DNA of 56,367 nt, the filler included, from Sphacelaria rigidula (taxonomy: Eukaryota): NCBI GenBank assembly GCA_964200075.2. It is 3 parts of 3 records of this genome, joined end to end, with 100 filler letters (N's around TTAATTAATTAA, not from the genome) between each part and the next. Parts side by side here need not be neighbours in the genome. Positions count along the whole stretch, not along the records: positions 18,831 to 37,556 come from CAXNAA020000806.1; 2 more parts are not named here. One strand, written 5' to 3'. The translations under genes were made by a program, and so were the position numbers. The stretch's first letter is position 1, and each line of letters begins with the position of its first letter. A model generated the notes under the pieces. It made no database searches. It had not been told where the DNA came from and saw only the letters and a program-made list of their open reading frames with translations. This document shows positions 24,786 through 37,009 of the stretch, one piece after another.

Positions 24786-25644
24786 GCATGCATCTCGCCA
24801 ATGAGGCGGTCTTCCGGACGGCAAAAAAGCTGACCTGAAAACAACGACTCTAAACGTTTTCGCAAAAAATATCATACTATATGGTGCGGCGAGCATGGCG
24901 CATGGTCCGGGTCTTCGACGGCGCTCACAGGAGTGAAGGATGTGTGGGGCGACAAATGAACGCGCGGTAGTACGGCAGTAGTTCTGTACGATCGTATTCA
25001 AGCAGGCCCGAAGGGGAAGTTACTTGCGACTTCACAAGATGAGTGTATCTGCTATGCACGTTTGGATAAAGTATTTGCCACCCGTTTGCGCCCTGCGGTG
25101 AAAACAACTGAGCCGGAGTTATTATAGAATATCCCTCCAAACACGATTTACAGCTGCGTGCCCGTATTTTTGCAACTTTCTCCGCAATCGATCCCGTTGG
25201 CTCAACCAATCCTCATCTTCCTCGCGGGATGTGGGAGAGCGTAACAGTGGGCGTGGAACACTTTCCACGCGGCGGTTGAGCAAGCTTGTTTTACAGCACG
25301 TGTTCCAAATATCAGCGCGGGCATGAAAATGCACGTAGTTTTCCCGCGTATTCAAACACCACTTTTTAAACTCAAGCCCTTAAGCGCCCGCAGATGAAAA
25401 TATCATCTTTCGAGTTAACATGATGGAAACCCGCCGCCACACATTCTTCAAGTGAACATGATGCCGATTCAACAAATGGGCAAACATGGGCGGCCACAAT
25501 TTACCTCGGGCTCTCAGACCCCTGGTTGGCCGCCAGTTGGCCGGGCTATGTCGGGGGGGAGAGAGGGTCGGAATACAGTAGGTGCTTTTGGTGGGGAGAG
25601 AAGGCCTATATAGAAAACGCCACTGTCACGAAAATGCCGCGACC

Positions 25645-25775
25645 CACGACATAATCGCTCTCCACTGTTGGGCATGGTGTAAAAAAATCCCGGATCGTGT
25701 GACTTCAACAAGATTCGAACCCACGACTCATCCGCCAGAAAGTCATCAATCTACTGAGCCACCGGGACGACCCGT
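25645..25775 (-). repeat. SINE-like family A, partial copy 2
   Basis: aaaaaatccc.gatcgtgtgacttca...agattcgaacc...actgagccacc.ggg is shared with 47860-47930. Confidence 0.6.
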
Positions 25776-26842
25776 ACCACGAGTAGCCGAAAACAACCCA
25801 AAATAAGTATTTTGCGCAGTACAGTGTCTGACTCGCTTGTCTTCTCTTCGCCCCATGGTTCTCAATAACTTGGTGCATCATACCCCGCGATTACTCTGTG
25901 AGCCTCTACTGCTCCGACAACCGTTTTGTACGTCACGAGCGTCCGGTAGGGCAAGTTACCTCGCAATGCTTGCGCGGTGCGCCCAAGCGATGATTGAGCG
26001 ATAGAGGGATGCAGCCGCTGTATAACGTAATTTGGAAACTTGTTGTGCCCTTTGGACGCGCGCGCAGAACGGCCGTGCAGTGTGTCAACCACTCCGCAGG
26101 GTCTTATCTGGTTGGGATGGGAGGGGGTCTTCAGTCTCCACGCCTTCGAAAGAGGTGAAAAGAAACGTTGTAGACGTTCTTCGGCCATTCGATTTTGGGC
26201 GGCGCGATGCATTGGACAACGGCTGTGGAAGGCCGATAGTGGTCGACCGTGGGTGCACTTTGAACACAAGTGGGTCCAAAATAGGACAAATGGCGGTACA
26301 AGATTTAAAAAGTAGATGGTAGCGGATACACCTACCTGATTGTTGGACAAAAAAAGGTACCCTGTTTGGCCCTTGTGCCCCGCGGTGCCGTTCGGCCCAA
26401 AATCGCGACCGGAAGATCGCGAAAGTTGGTGTATATGCTCTGCATGGGCTGTGGGTGTGTTGCCCTTTCGTCGGGATTGTTTTTGGAGTCGCTTAAGCCT
26501 AGCAGGGACAGGTCCAACTTGAGCGTTCACCTGTACCCACTTTCGTGCGGAACTAGGGGGTGATGTACCCACGTTGTCTATTGCCCTAAATTTTTCACAC
26601 TCCGGAGAACGGATATAGCAATAGTCCATTTCCTCAATAAGAGACACGAGGGAAACCTATCGATATATATATATATATATGTTGTGTCGAACATAAATAA
26701 GGTTAGACACATCTACTGGTATGTGTGGCAAGCGACAATAGATGTTGCAAGCGCCCATCAGCCTATTGCGATCACAAAATACGAAGGTCACTCACTGGTC
26801 ATCGATGAACATCGTATACTGCAATGGATAAGGTGAGCCATA

Positions 26843-27045
26843 TACCGATAGTCATTGCCGTTATCAATAGATTTGGTCAACAGTCTATCGATAGCCATTG
26901 CCGTCATCAACAGATTTGGTTAACAATCTACCGATAGCCGTTGTCACCAACAATGAATTCGGCGGTATCTTATCGATAGCAATTGCCGTCAATAATGGAA
27001 TGTTGTGGGCCGGGTGTATCGATAGCCGATACCGCCAACAACAGG
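26843..27045. repeat. Degenerate 42-46-bp tandem repeat (about 5 units, each starting taYcgatag)
   Basis: Units start at 26843, 26886, 26929, 26971 and 27017. Confidence 0.7.
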
Positions 27046-27749
27046 TTTCGATTGAGATCTTCCCATGTATATTGCTCATTGAAGTGGTCTTATGGCATCG
27101 ACGTCAATACTCAACACATTCACACGGAATTACCTGAGGCAATAGCTGGCAGTAAATATCTTCTGTGGAAAGTCGGAACACCCGCCTAAAATGCATGACA
27201 AGTAACTATCGATCGACGCCATTCAGCTCCCACTGACTGTGGGCAGCAGTGGATATTGGTGGCCGCGATTCAGATAGTTTTGTGACCAGCGATAAACTTT
27301 GTTGCCACGATTCAGATGCTGTTGTGACCAGAAATTTGAATTGGTGCTTGCAATGCAAATCCTACGATGAGCTATATTGCTGACCGCAACTCAGAGCCCA
27401 CAGCAACAAATAACACATCGATAGACGACTTGGCTACTCCACTGTCACGGCAACGATACATTCCGTCCCTTATCCCGAATCTGTTGTTACCTACAACATA
27501 TATCGATAGACAGTAGTGCAAGTCGATTGTGGCTAGCAATGGGCATGGACGGTCACATTCTCGGGGCTATTGTGGCGGCAATATTATGTTAAACATTCAA
27601 TTGTTCAGGATGAAAGCACATCTCCCCTCAAAAATAGCACTCTCAAAAATCTACACAGCGGGATCTACTCATTTCATCGTTCGAAAATCGAAACATGAAA
27701 TACTCAAGAGTTTCGCTTGTACTTGGAAGTAATCAAACATCTCACGACA

Positions 27750-28430
27750 CAGGCTGACGACGGCCATGCAATACCTGTGAATTTCAAAATACCTCGTGTT
27801 TCCGGAAAGAAGACAAACTTACAAGAGCTGGTAAGGTTACGATAGCATTAAGCAACATGCTCCACCACTTGTTTGGAATCTCGCCAATTCCCCTTGAGTA
27901 AGCTTGCGCTCGTACTCTTCAGGCAAAGTCCTTAACGCCTCAACTATATCGCCTAGAATATCCAATTAATTTGCACTCGTCGTTGACGGAGTTGACTACC
28001 ATGGTCTCAAATCCTGTTCGCTCCCCACGCTTTTATCCCTCAACTTCAGTACCAAACCGGAGAACCGATTTTCGCCATTATGCTACAGTATTCCATTCAA
28101 CTTTTTAGGATTCTACCCCTCAATGAAACATTATGTTATGTTTTGTCGGACCCCAGTCTTGACGTTTTTCGGGCTTTCATACGATTTAACCACAGTGTTC
28201 AACAACAAACAAATAAAAGAGCACCTACGAACCCTTTATTAAGCACGCTTGTCCATCAGAGGGAGAACCCTGAGTACCAATGCCACACCAACAAAGCTCG
28301 TGAACTTCTTATTAGACATGTCACGGACTCCTACAAGCTGGTTATCATCCAAAATTGTGTCATCAGCAAATGCCTTTCGCAATACCTACCCAATAGCCGC
28401 ATACATGATGTCATACTGACCGCCATGGAC
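27750..28430 (-). pseudogene. Decayed intronless coding-like sequence of unknown (TE or viral?) origin
   Basis: Minus strand reads VHGGQYDIMYAAIG*VLRKAFADDTILDDNQLVGVRDMSNKKFTSFVGVALVLRVLPLMDKRA**RVRR..., protein-like but with in-frame stops. No family recognised. Confidence 0.25.
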
Positions 28431-28619
28431 AGCTGAAGAGCGTGACATAGCCGGATTTTTGTGTAAGTCCATAGTGGTAGCGCTAAGGGCGAAAATGTAT
28501 ATTGACCAATCAGCGCCCGTCAAGTTATTCCGAGATCGAAATTACGAATTCCAAGCACAATTTTCACCCAATCTCCACATGCTTCAAGTCATGGTGACTG
28601 CCATCGGCTCGGGAATCTA

Positions 28620-31330
28620 GCGAAAAAAAGGCATATTTTACAACAGTTACAACGGGGGTCGAATTATACCCAAAACCGTGATGTTTCGGCGATGTCGAGT
28701 GTTGGCGTCGTCTCATTTCCATCAGTGATACGCACGAAAGACCCAGGGAGCCTCGTGACGGTGTCTCCTATATCTATTGTAGAAAAGCTCCGATCGCCCT
28801 CAAACTTGGTAGTTCCGTAGGTACTGATGCTCCAAATGGAAAAAAGTTGTACTCTTGATTTCATGGTTTCAACGTTCTCCACCGGCTTCCAGGGGTCCCA
28901 GTATGAAGACCCCCAGAAGACGGTACAGAATGCCCTAAAATAATAATAATATAGTAATGCGTCCCGGGATAGTTCAAGGAACACATGTACAAAGTTTGGT
29001 GGATAAACTCGAAAACCTAAAACAGTTTCTCTCGCCTTGACGTAAAATTCACCCCAAAAGGCATTTGCATGCTAAAACCAAGTAGTTAGGAGTTGCACGC
29101 TTCAAGCCCACCTCCTCCACAAACGCGCAAACCTTCACGCCCTTATTAGAAGTTGGATCCTGAAACTTTGCACACAAATGCCATGTATCATCACGCAATG
29201 TTTTTTTACATCTTGAGTTTTTCAACGTTTTTCGGGGGCCCGACGGGATGCAAGTCATTTTTCGAAGTACCGTAAGTTGCTCTGTGATCGCACAGGGGTC
29301 GTGAGAACGCACCCCTGTGCGATTAAAAACACGGTTTGAAATGATTCAATTGGTTTGTCGCACAGGGGTGCGATCTCAAGGATGAAATGCGTCTCAGCCA
29401 CCTTCCGGGCGTGAGGACTCGTGCGCGCGGATGGGCTTTTCGGGCGGACAGCCTGAGTTGCCACGATTTTTGTCTTTATTCCACTGGTCGTCATGGGGCT
29501 CGTCTGGACTACGCACTGCGGGTTGGCAGTGCAGACACAAAAAAACATACGGAGTGGTTTTCTTTTTCAATTTATTCTACTCCAGTCTTCGTCGTGCACC
29601 TTGGATGAAACCACCAAAGCCGAAACCTTTCACCAAACGCCAACACCGACGGAGAGAATAAGCCCGAAAGCAAACGCGTACTAGCACCGAACCATACTTC
29701 TTGCGATCAACCTCATCTCTCTCTTCGACATTTCGTGTAACAGTATACCGGTGCCACGACAACTACGGTAGACCCTCACGCTGCGGCACTCGCTACCTTC
29801 GGACCTTTGGCATAAATTATTCCATCACCGAGTCTACCCGTACTCCTACTTCGCGTGCAGTAGACAAGCGGTACACGCATTTCCCCATCCTCGATGCCCG
29901 TTGTGGTTTGGCACACAAATACCGATAGAGCGTGGATGCGGAGTCTTTACTGATCTACCGGTACTCAAAACTTCAGCTACGTCAAAGTTCGTCTCCACCT
30001 GTTGCTAGAAATCCCGGGGCGTCCACGAGCTCTACATCGCTGTCATCCTCCAACCGCCAGCTGATCACCAGACAACAAAAGCTTTGTGGCTTGTGGCGGC
30101 CGGGGAATTCACGCGTATTTCGCCGCTTTTCCCGTAATTCGCCGCCTCTTCAGGTTTTGAAAATCCCGCCACATTTTTCTTGGCTCGTGCAGTGTGCTTG
30201 ATGCTGTCGTGCTGTGGCTGTGTGCCCGTGTGTACTTGCTATGTTTCAGGCATCTTCAGACCTTCTTCCTGCAGCAGTACTGTTGCAGATTGTTCCTTTT
30301 ACAGCGGCGAAGATTAACTCAGTATCGCACATGGCGGGGTTATCGCACAGGGTGTGCGTTCAAAGACCCTGGTGTCATCAAAATGTTTTACTCAATATCG
30401 CACATGTCGTTGAGATGGCACAGGGGTGTGCGATGGAAAAGCAGTACCAAATAATTTAGTTCGATTTTCGCGCAGGGGGCGCGGTGTTCGCACAGGGGTC
30501 GTGAGAGCGCACATCTGTGCGAAAAAAAACAAGTTCAAAAACATTTGAACATCGATTGCACCCCTGTGCGATCACAGAGCAACATACGGTAGTATCTATT
30601 CTGGGACCCCAGAAAACCGGCAATATGATATTTTTTTGGATTCTTTCGTAAACGAGCTCTCGCCGCATAGCCCAAGGAAGGGCCCCACAGTACTTCGTCG
30701 CAGAACTCGATCAACTGATGCTTGAATTTTCATGTTCACGTCGAAGAAGGCCCCAAAATGCCGTTTTGGTACTAAAATCAAGTAGTTTGCGGTTTTACCG
30801 CGGCACGTCAAACTCCATCCCACAAAGCGAAAACCTCACGCCGATTCAAAGAGTTAGACCCTGAAAGTCTGCAGAACTGTGCTATGGGTCATTACACAAC
30901 TTTGGACGAACAAGGTTATTTTAGTTTCATTTCTTTACCGTTTTACGGCGTTTTACGGGGGTCCGATTGGATCGATGTTTCCCGGAAAAAACTGGGACCC
31001 CCGAAAAACGGTGAAAAAAGTCAAAAAGTCGAAAAACCTCGATCTTCGAAAGTTGCGCAATGCCCCGTAGAACATCTGTGCAAAATTTCGGGTTCTAAAG
31101 CCGGATGTTATGGCAAACAGATTTTTGGCCCACGGATTGTTCACTTTTGGGATGTTTGACCCACCTTTTGACCCCCATGCCCAAAAAACCGCCAACACAC
31201 GTCTTGGACACTTTGCATCACCCCACAGAGAGGAGCCTATTCTGCTTTTCAGATTCGCTTGACTCTGAGCAGTGTTGCGCCGATAGGAAAAAAAACAAAG
31301 TAATACGAACCGCCCGCATGCAAGAATCAT
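28620..31330. repeat. Older palindrome-rich repeat that hosts the Tc1/mariner insertion
   Basis: 29050-29200 resembles 30750-30900. Recurrent ggggtcc...gggacccc palindromes. 31100-31300 is homologous to 37015-37360. Ends approximate. Confidence 0.5.
29270..30589. mobile_element. Non-autonomous Tc1/mariner (pogo/Tc2-like) DNA transposon with TA target-site duplication
   Basis: TA|CCGTAAGTTGCTCTGTGATCGCACAGGGG at 29268-29298 and CCCCTGTGCGATCACAGAGCAACATACGG|TA at 30561-30591: a 29-bp TIR with 1 mismatch. Multiple internal (t)cgcacaggg motifs near both ends. No transposase ORF. Confidence 0.85.
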
Positions 31331-33179
31331 TGTACACAAAATGAGCTAGCACCAGCTGCAAAGCACCCGCAGCTCGCACGGGTGGGTAGCCCTACACGAA
31401 GGAGCACATGTCCAACAGGCGGCACTGGTGGGAAGCTTTGTTCAAGGCGGAGTGTCGCTGCCAGTTTTCGGGTGAGAAGGTGATTAACTAGGGAGTCGGC
31501 CAGTCTGCACGGTGTTGCTCTGTATGGGTTCCTCGTGGCCGGAATGTCGTGTGGTGGTCCGCAGAGCGGTGACGGCCACGCCAGGGGTTCGAAGGCCAAA
31601 CGGTGTGCATGGGGTAGTCCATGACGCATAGAACCCATCTTCAAAAAAACTGTATCGATTCGTGCAGGATACAGCCCACAAGAGGCGATTAACTGCAAGC
31701 ATGTCTAGTGGTAGACGAGGACAGCAAACTGCATATAAATTTCAGTATAAAAGCTGATGATCCATGTCACCGTCCCGTTGTCATGATGTGTACTGTTCTC
31801 AAATGTTACAGTACTGTACCGCAAATCCCACACGCATTTTGTGCGGTCAAATGGGGTATGTGACAGGATGGCGACACACCGGTCACTGTTGCGTGCTGGG
31901 CTGGGCTGTTGTGTGTATACTCGAGTGTCATGTAATGTAAAACGAACAGCACGTCCCGGTGCAGTGCACTGTCTGGCGAAAGCACAGTACACAACACGCA
32001 GTCTTGTGGAGCCGCGTGCCGTCGTCTCCTGCACTCCAATGCATCGTAATGTGCTGCCCCGCACTGATTAGGGTGGTCCGCGATCGCATGCGGGGTAGTG
32101 TGCGGTGATACCGGAGAACACGCCGTCGCGTGCTGCCCGACAGTGTTGGGTGCAGTACTCGACTGTACTCCACTCCGGTGTTACTGAAAACGATCGCGAG
32201 CCGTCCGCTACGGTGCCGCCCTCTGTTATTCTGTAAGGCATTTGACTGCTTTCTACTTCGCTGCAGTGCACTGTGAAGCGCTGTGCAGGGTCCACTTTCA
32301 TGTAGTGTTCGGTATCACCATGTGCACTTCTACCCTGTACTGCAATGTATTTTGCTGTCCATCACACAACTTTCCTGTACTGTACGATATGGCTGGGTTC
32401 CGTAATAGGGTACTCCTGTCTGTTGGCCACTGCCGTGATGGACGCATCGGTAGACGGCCCCGGCTGTTGGAAGGTTCATGGCACCAGTCCTCACCCGCTG
32501 GCGTTCGCAACTTACCTCCAGGTCTGTCAACATGAACACGCCCTGCGAGGAACGTCGCCGGAGAGGGCAGTGGTCACCCGAAGATGAAGTAAATGGCGCT
32601 GCCAGTCCGGTGAGAGGCGCCCCCCGTGCCATCATGCACAACATACCTTTCATGGTCTGCCGCCGCATTCGAGATTGTGTTGGAACGGGGGTGTACGGTA
32701 GTAGCTCCTGTATTCCGTCGAACATCAGTGTGTCTCACGTAGTATGTAGATAACTACGCAGTAGTGGGTGCGTGAAGTGTTGAGGGCTGTTTTGGGGGGT
32801 TTCTCGCCTGTTACTCTTCGATACAACTCCAAAGTGCTAGCGTCGGTAGATGTTGATACATGAAACAGACCATTGTTGAAACTAAGCGCACGAATTCAAG
32901 AGTGTTTCCGTGACATGAACAGTGGAGAATACGATTGAGAATAAAAAGCCGTAAATTACTGAATGGACAGTTCAAGTTACGAAATGTCCCTCTGTACGCT
33001 CGATATGCTACGTGCAGTTTCCGCCCACTGAGACCGTCGATATCCTTGATTAGGATATCGACGTGTAGCTATCGGTATTGCATCCGTAACAATCCTGTGA
33101 GCAATTACTCCCCACATGTTGCCTCGGTGCCGACAGACAGGGTCTCGACGTAGGCCCCGCTTCGCCATGCTTGCAAGGG

Positions 33180-33705
33180 TAGGTCGAGTAAAATACTCAA
33201 GTATTTACTCTGCTTGACGTTTGAGGAGGTCGAGTATGGCCTCAAATACTCTACTCAATTTTTGAGTAGGCCGAGTACGGCCTCCAATACTCTACTCAAA
33301 TTTTGAGTAGGTCGAGGACGACCTCAAAGACTCTGCTCAAACATTTAGTAAGCACTCAGTTATACTTGAGAATAGAGTATCACTTGAGTATGACCTCCAT
33401 ACTCTACTCCTATTTTGAGTAGGTGGACTACCGTCTCAAATACTCTACTGAATTTTTGGGTAAGTACCCCCCGTAATACTCGAGTACCGAGTATCGCTTA
33501 AGTATGACCTCAATACCATACTCAACTTTTAGTAGGTCGAGTACGGTCTCAAATACTCGACTCAAATTTCGAGTAGGTTGAGTATGGTCTAAAATACTTT
33601 ACTCAAATTTTGAGTAGGTTGAGTAAGACCTCAAATACTCTACTCAAATTTTGAGTGAGCACTCTCAGTAATACTTGAGTATAGAGTACCCCTTGGGTAT
33701 GGTGA
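33180..33705. repeat. 41-bp tandem array with palindromic core TACTCAAATTTTGAGTA, block 1
   Basis: Repeating cgagtaYggcctcaaatactctactcaaattttgagtaggt units, interspersed with a longer variant unit. Confidence 0.9.
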
Positions 33706-34189
33706 GTGTACCCCTGACAGTCGGCGACTTCGTGACGTCAGTTCACTGAGTATGTCGAATGCATGGGCGAACGGTGGCCATCAATTAGATGGGCGACGAT
33801 ACATCACAGCACACAAGGAATAAGAGGGAATGATGGCCATAAAAAAATCAAGAAGCGTGCAGGTGCACGAATCTACTTGCCCCAACGCCTCATGTCACCA
33901 GCCCCCACCCGCGGCAGTTCATACTTGAAACCTCTTCACGCCCTCGATATCACTTTCAGTACAGATCGCTACTCATCATCATCGAGTAATGGAGTAATGA
34001 AGTAGTCGAGTAGGTGTAATAAGAATGAGCGACTCTACTGGCGACGGTTTGACAAGACAGTTTTACCTTGAATCAACACTCATCATGCGTGGGCGACTCT
34101 AGGAATCCCTCGGTATTTCCTCTACCCGGCTTCGGGTATATTGCGTACGAACTTGAATATTGAAGTTTAAGTTATAGGTTTTCGGTACA

Positions 34190-34455
34190 TCGGATCCGGC
34201 CTCGGATACTCTACTCAAATTTCGAGTAGGCCGACTACGGCCTCGAATACTCTTCTCAGATTCCGAGTACGTTGAGTACGGCCTCCAATACTCTACTCAA
34301 ATTTGTGATTAGGTCGAGTACGGCCTCCAATACTCTACTCAGATTTTGGGCAGGTCGAGGACGACCTCAAATACTCCACTCAAACATTGGGTCGGCACTC
34401 TTAGTGACACTTGAGTATAGAGTATCATTTGAGTATGACCTCAATACTCTGCTCA
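34190..34455. repeat. 41-bp tandem array, block 2
   Basis: Same unit and orientation as 33180-33705, separated from it by about 480 bp of unrelated sequence. Confidence 0.9.
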
Positions 34456-35904
34456 AAACTCTGCCTGTCTTTTTACGTTGCGGGGGAACTCCATCCTCGA
34501 TTCGCCATTGCATCGATGGAGACACCGACTATCTCCGTACCCTCCTCTTCTCCAACACCCCGATGTAGGATTTAAACACGAGACAACACTCGTTCCATCC
34601 TTCCACTACACTGTCCCGTGCTTGCCGTCAGTGGTGCATTTCATGTCAGGTAGCCACAAGGATGGGCGCTGAGGGGTGTCGCGGATGACCTACACAAGGT
34701 CGGCATGGCGCCAGGCTGGGTACGGTGTTTGTTCCTCACTATGCTGAGCGAATTCCTCCCCCCTTTTTGAAGCGATGGTCAAGGTAGTGGATGTAGGTTT
34801 TTGCGGCTATTATGAGAGAGTCGGCGACAAAGGGTCTGCTGGGTGTCCATTGCCGTACGATTATGCGGATGCAGGCGCACGTCATAGCCCGCTATCGATC
34901 GACGCCCGAGCGGAATCCGTTCTGGCGCAGCCCCTTAGAATGCACCTCGCAGTTGTTTTTGTCATGGCTACGGTTTGAGCGCTATGTCAAGATATGTTTG
35001 AGATTCGGGTCCTTACTGGCGACGGAGAAGGCAGCACATAGGGTGGACTTTTGAAGTACCCTAAAGGGTATATCGCCTTCGTTCATGGTGCATACGAGGA
35101 GGGAAAATAATACATGTATTTCAACGGCAAATCCCCTTTCCAACCACCACGGGCGTGATCGGACCGCGCCTCCATGGTCCGGCACAGGACCGGACTGAAA
35201 TATTTGCCACACATGAAGGTGTGCGGCATAGCATGCCGAAAAAGTTCCCCCGATTCGGCGTACATGCCAGTGAAGAACATGTTCGCAAGTATCTGTGCGC
35301 CTCACTATTGTAGGGGGGGGATGATCTTGCTCACGTTTGTCTCCCAGACATGAGTTGCAGCATTCGCGTAAGTCTTCTTCGGAAATAAGTTGTGTTGTTT
35401 GGGAGACCGCAGCACCTGGCGGTGGGCGTTGGCTACACCGGGGCCAGCAATGATGTCTTGTAACATATCCTGACATACAGTTCCCTTTTCTGATCCTTCG
35501 AGGCGCTTTCATATTACAATCAAGGGCCCGGATCAAATGGGGGAACCGTAAGCACCGGCGACCTCGCAAAACATGTCCGACCTGGGCCAGGTGACAGCTA
35601 TTTGCGAATGTATGCGGGCCGGGCGGTGGGTAATCCGAACCGTGGGGAGCTGAAATTTCAACATACCACTTTTGTCATCACGCACAACCTTCCCGGGAAT
35701 GCCAAGGAAAAAAAAAAGCAGGGAGTTGGCGGGAGAGCGATTCGAAGTTTCTGCAAAGACTGGAAAAATGCCATCACTCAGTGAAAATAAAGGAATACGG
35801 GGGAATCCCCCGTGTACTTGTGCGTCCTTGTGCCAAGATGTCCTCGTTCAATTTTACCCACAAATTCCAGAAATTTGGCAGAGTATCCAATTTTTCGTCT
35901 GGCA

Positions 35905-36145
35905 CGGCTGCGCTTCTTTCATCCAAGGAAGGCACTTGACTGCAGTTACGGAGGTCACGAGTTCGAGTCCCGACGGATTCCTTTTTTGAGTTTTTCCGCC
36001 GGCTAGGTGATACAATTACATTATGCGGTACTTTACCACGTTGGTCCTCAGGTCACGCTGATATACTCAAGTCGAGCTGATGTAGTACATTTGATAACTT
36101 ATGATGTGACACGCAAATACGCGATTTACTGCTGGCCCAGCTCGT
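35905..36145 (+). repeat. tRNA-derived SINE-like family B, copy 3
   Basis: Head ctgcgc..ctttcatccaag...ggaggtcacgagttcgagtcccg and tail gatttactgctggcccagctcgt, as at 21800-22085. Confidence 0.65.
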
Positions 36146-37009
36146 GAAGCAAAGACGTGCAGTCGTGGACCTCGTGTCTGGCGAGAAAATGTCCCGGGAC
36201 ACACCCACGGTCAATGTTGCTCCAGATTGTCACCTGCACGACACCTCGGGGTGCACGAAACGATTCTGCGGATACCGCTACAACCGTACCGCGTCAAGGA
36301 GCGAGGTGCAGAGTCTTTACAGCCATGCTGTCATGTTCTCTTGCGCAACTCTCTCGAGCTGTGCCGTATTGCCGAGGAAAGCACTTATGCCGCAAAGACG
36401 TTCCTGTACGTGGGATATGCGGCGCAACCCCACCTCATGTGTCGTGCCAAGATATACCAGTGTCTGTTCCCGCATTTTGCCTGCATGTTTGAAAGTGGAT
36501 TTCTTGACATGAACTGCGTGTGAGTAAGTGAAACTTGGAGCACCAGTCGGGCACATCACAAGCAGCATGTTCCCTCGCCGCCGACGTTTGCCGTGGGGGA
36601 TACATCAAGAAGAACCCCAATTCCAAAATTCGGGAAATCCGGTAAAACGCACTCTCGTCGACCGCCCGCTGCCCAGAAATGCGTGCACCGTCGGCAATCA
36701 CACATGCGAAGTTACTCGTACACTTATTTTGACGTCATCTGCACGAGGGGCGTCGCTGAGCTGAGAAATTAATGTTAATCTGAAGTGGAACACCCGCTGA
36801 ATGATGACAATCAATGCGAAAAGCCGGTGCGTATTGTCTGTAGAGGTTCTCAACTCGGGAAACACGGCAGCACGCGCGCTGTGGGTGCCGCGAGTCGCTG
36901 AAACTTCGCCCACATGTAATCATAACCACAGCAAGCTACCTCATGTCGCTGAACCTGTCGTGGGGCCATGCAGTAGCGTGTACCAGCGACACGAAAGGTC
37001 AGATTCCGT

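Noticed and set aside
25862..26647. 261-aa minus-strand ORF
   Set aside because: No recognisable motif, composition typical of non-coding sequence, non-ATG start, and it runs through repeat-like DNA.
33180..34455. CRISPR-like array of palindromic repeats
   Set aside because: Units are contiguous and mutually homologous with no unique spacers, there are no cas genes, and the context is eukaryotic.
35905..35975. tRNA gene (also considered near 22000-22085, 18840, 8610 and 47900)
   Set aside because: Only B-box/T-arm-like motifs are present, with no acceptor stem or cloverleaf. Most continue into shared repeat bodies, consistent with SINE heads.
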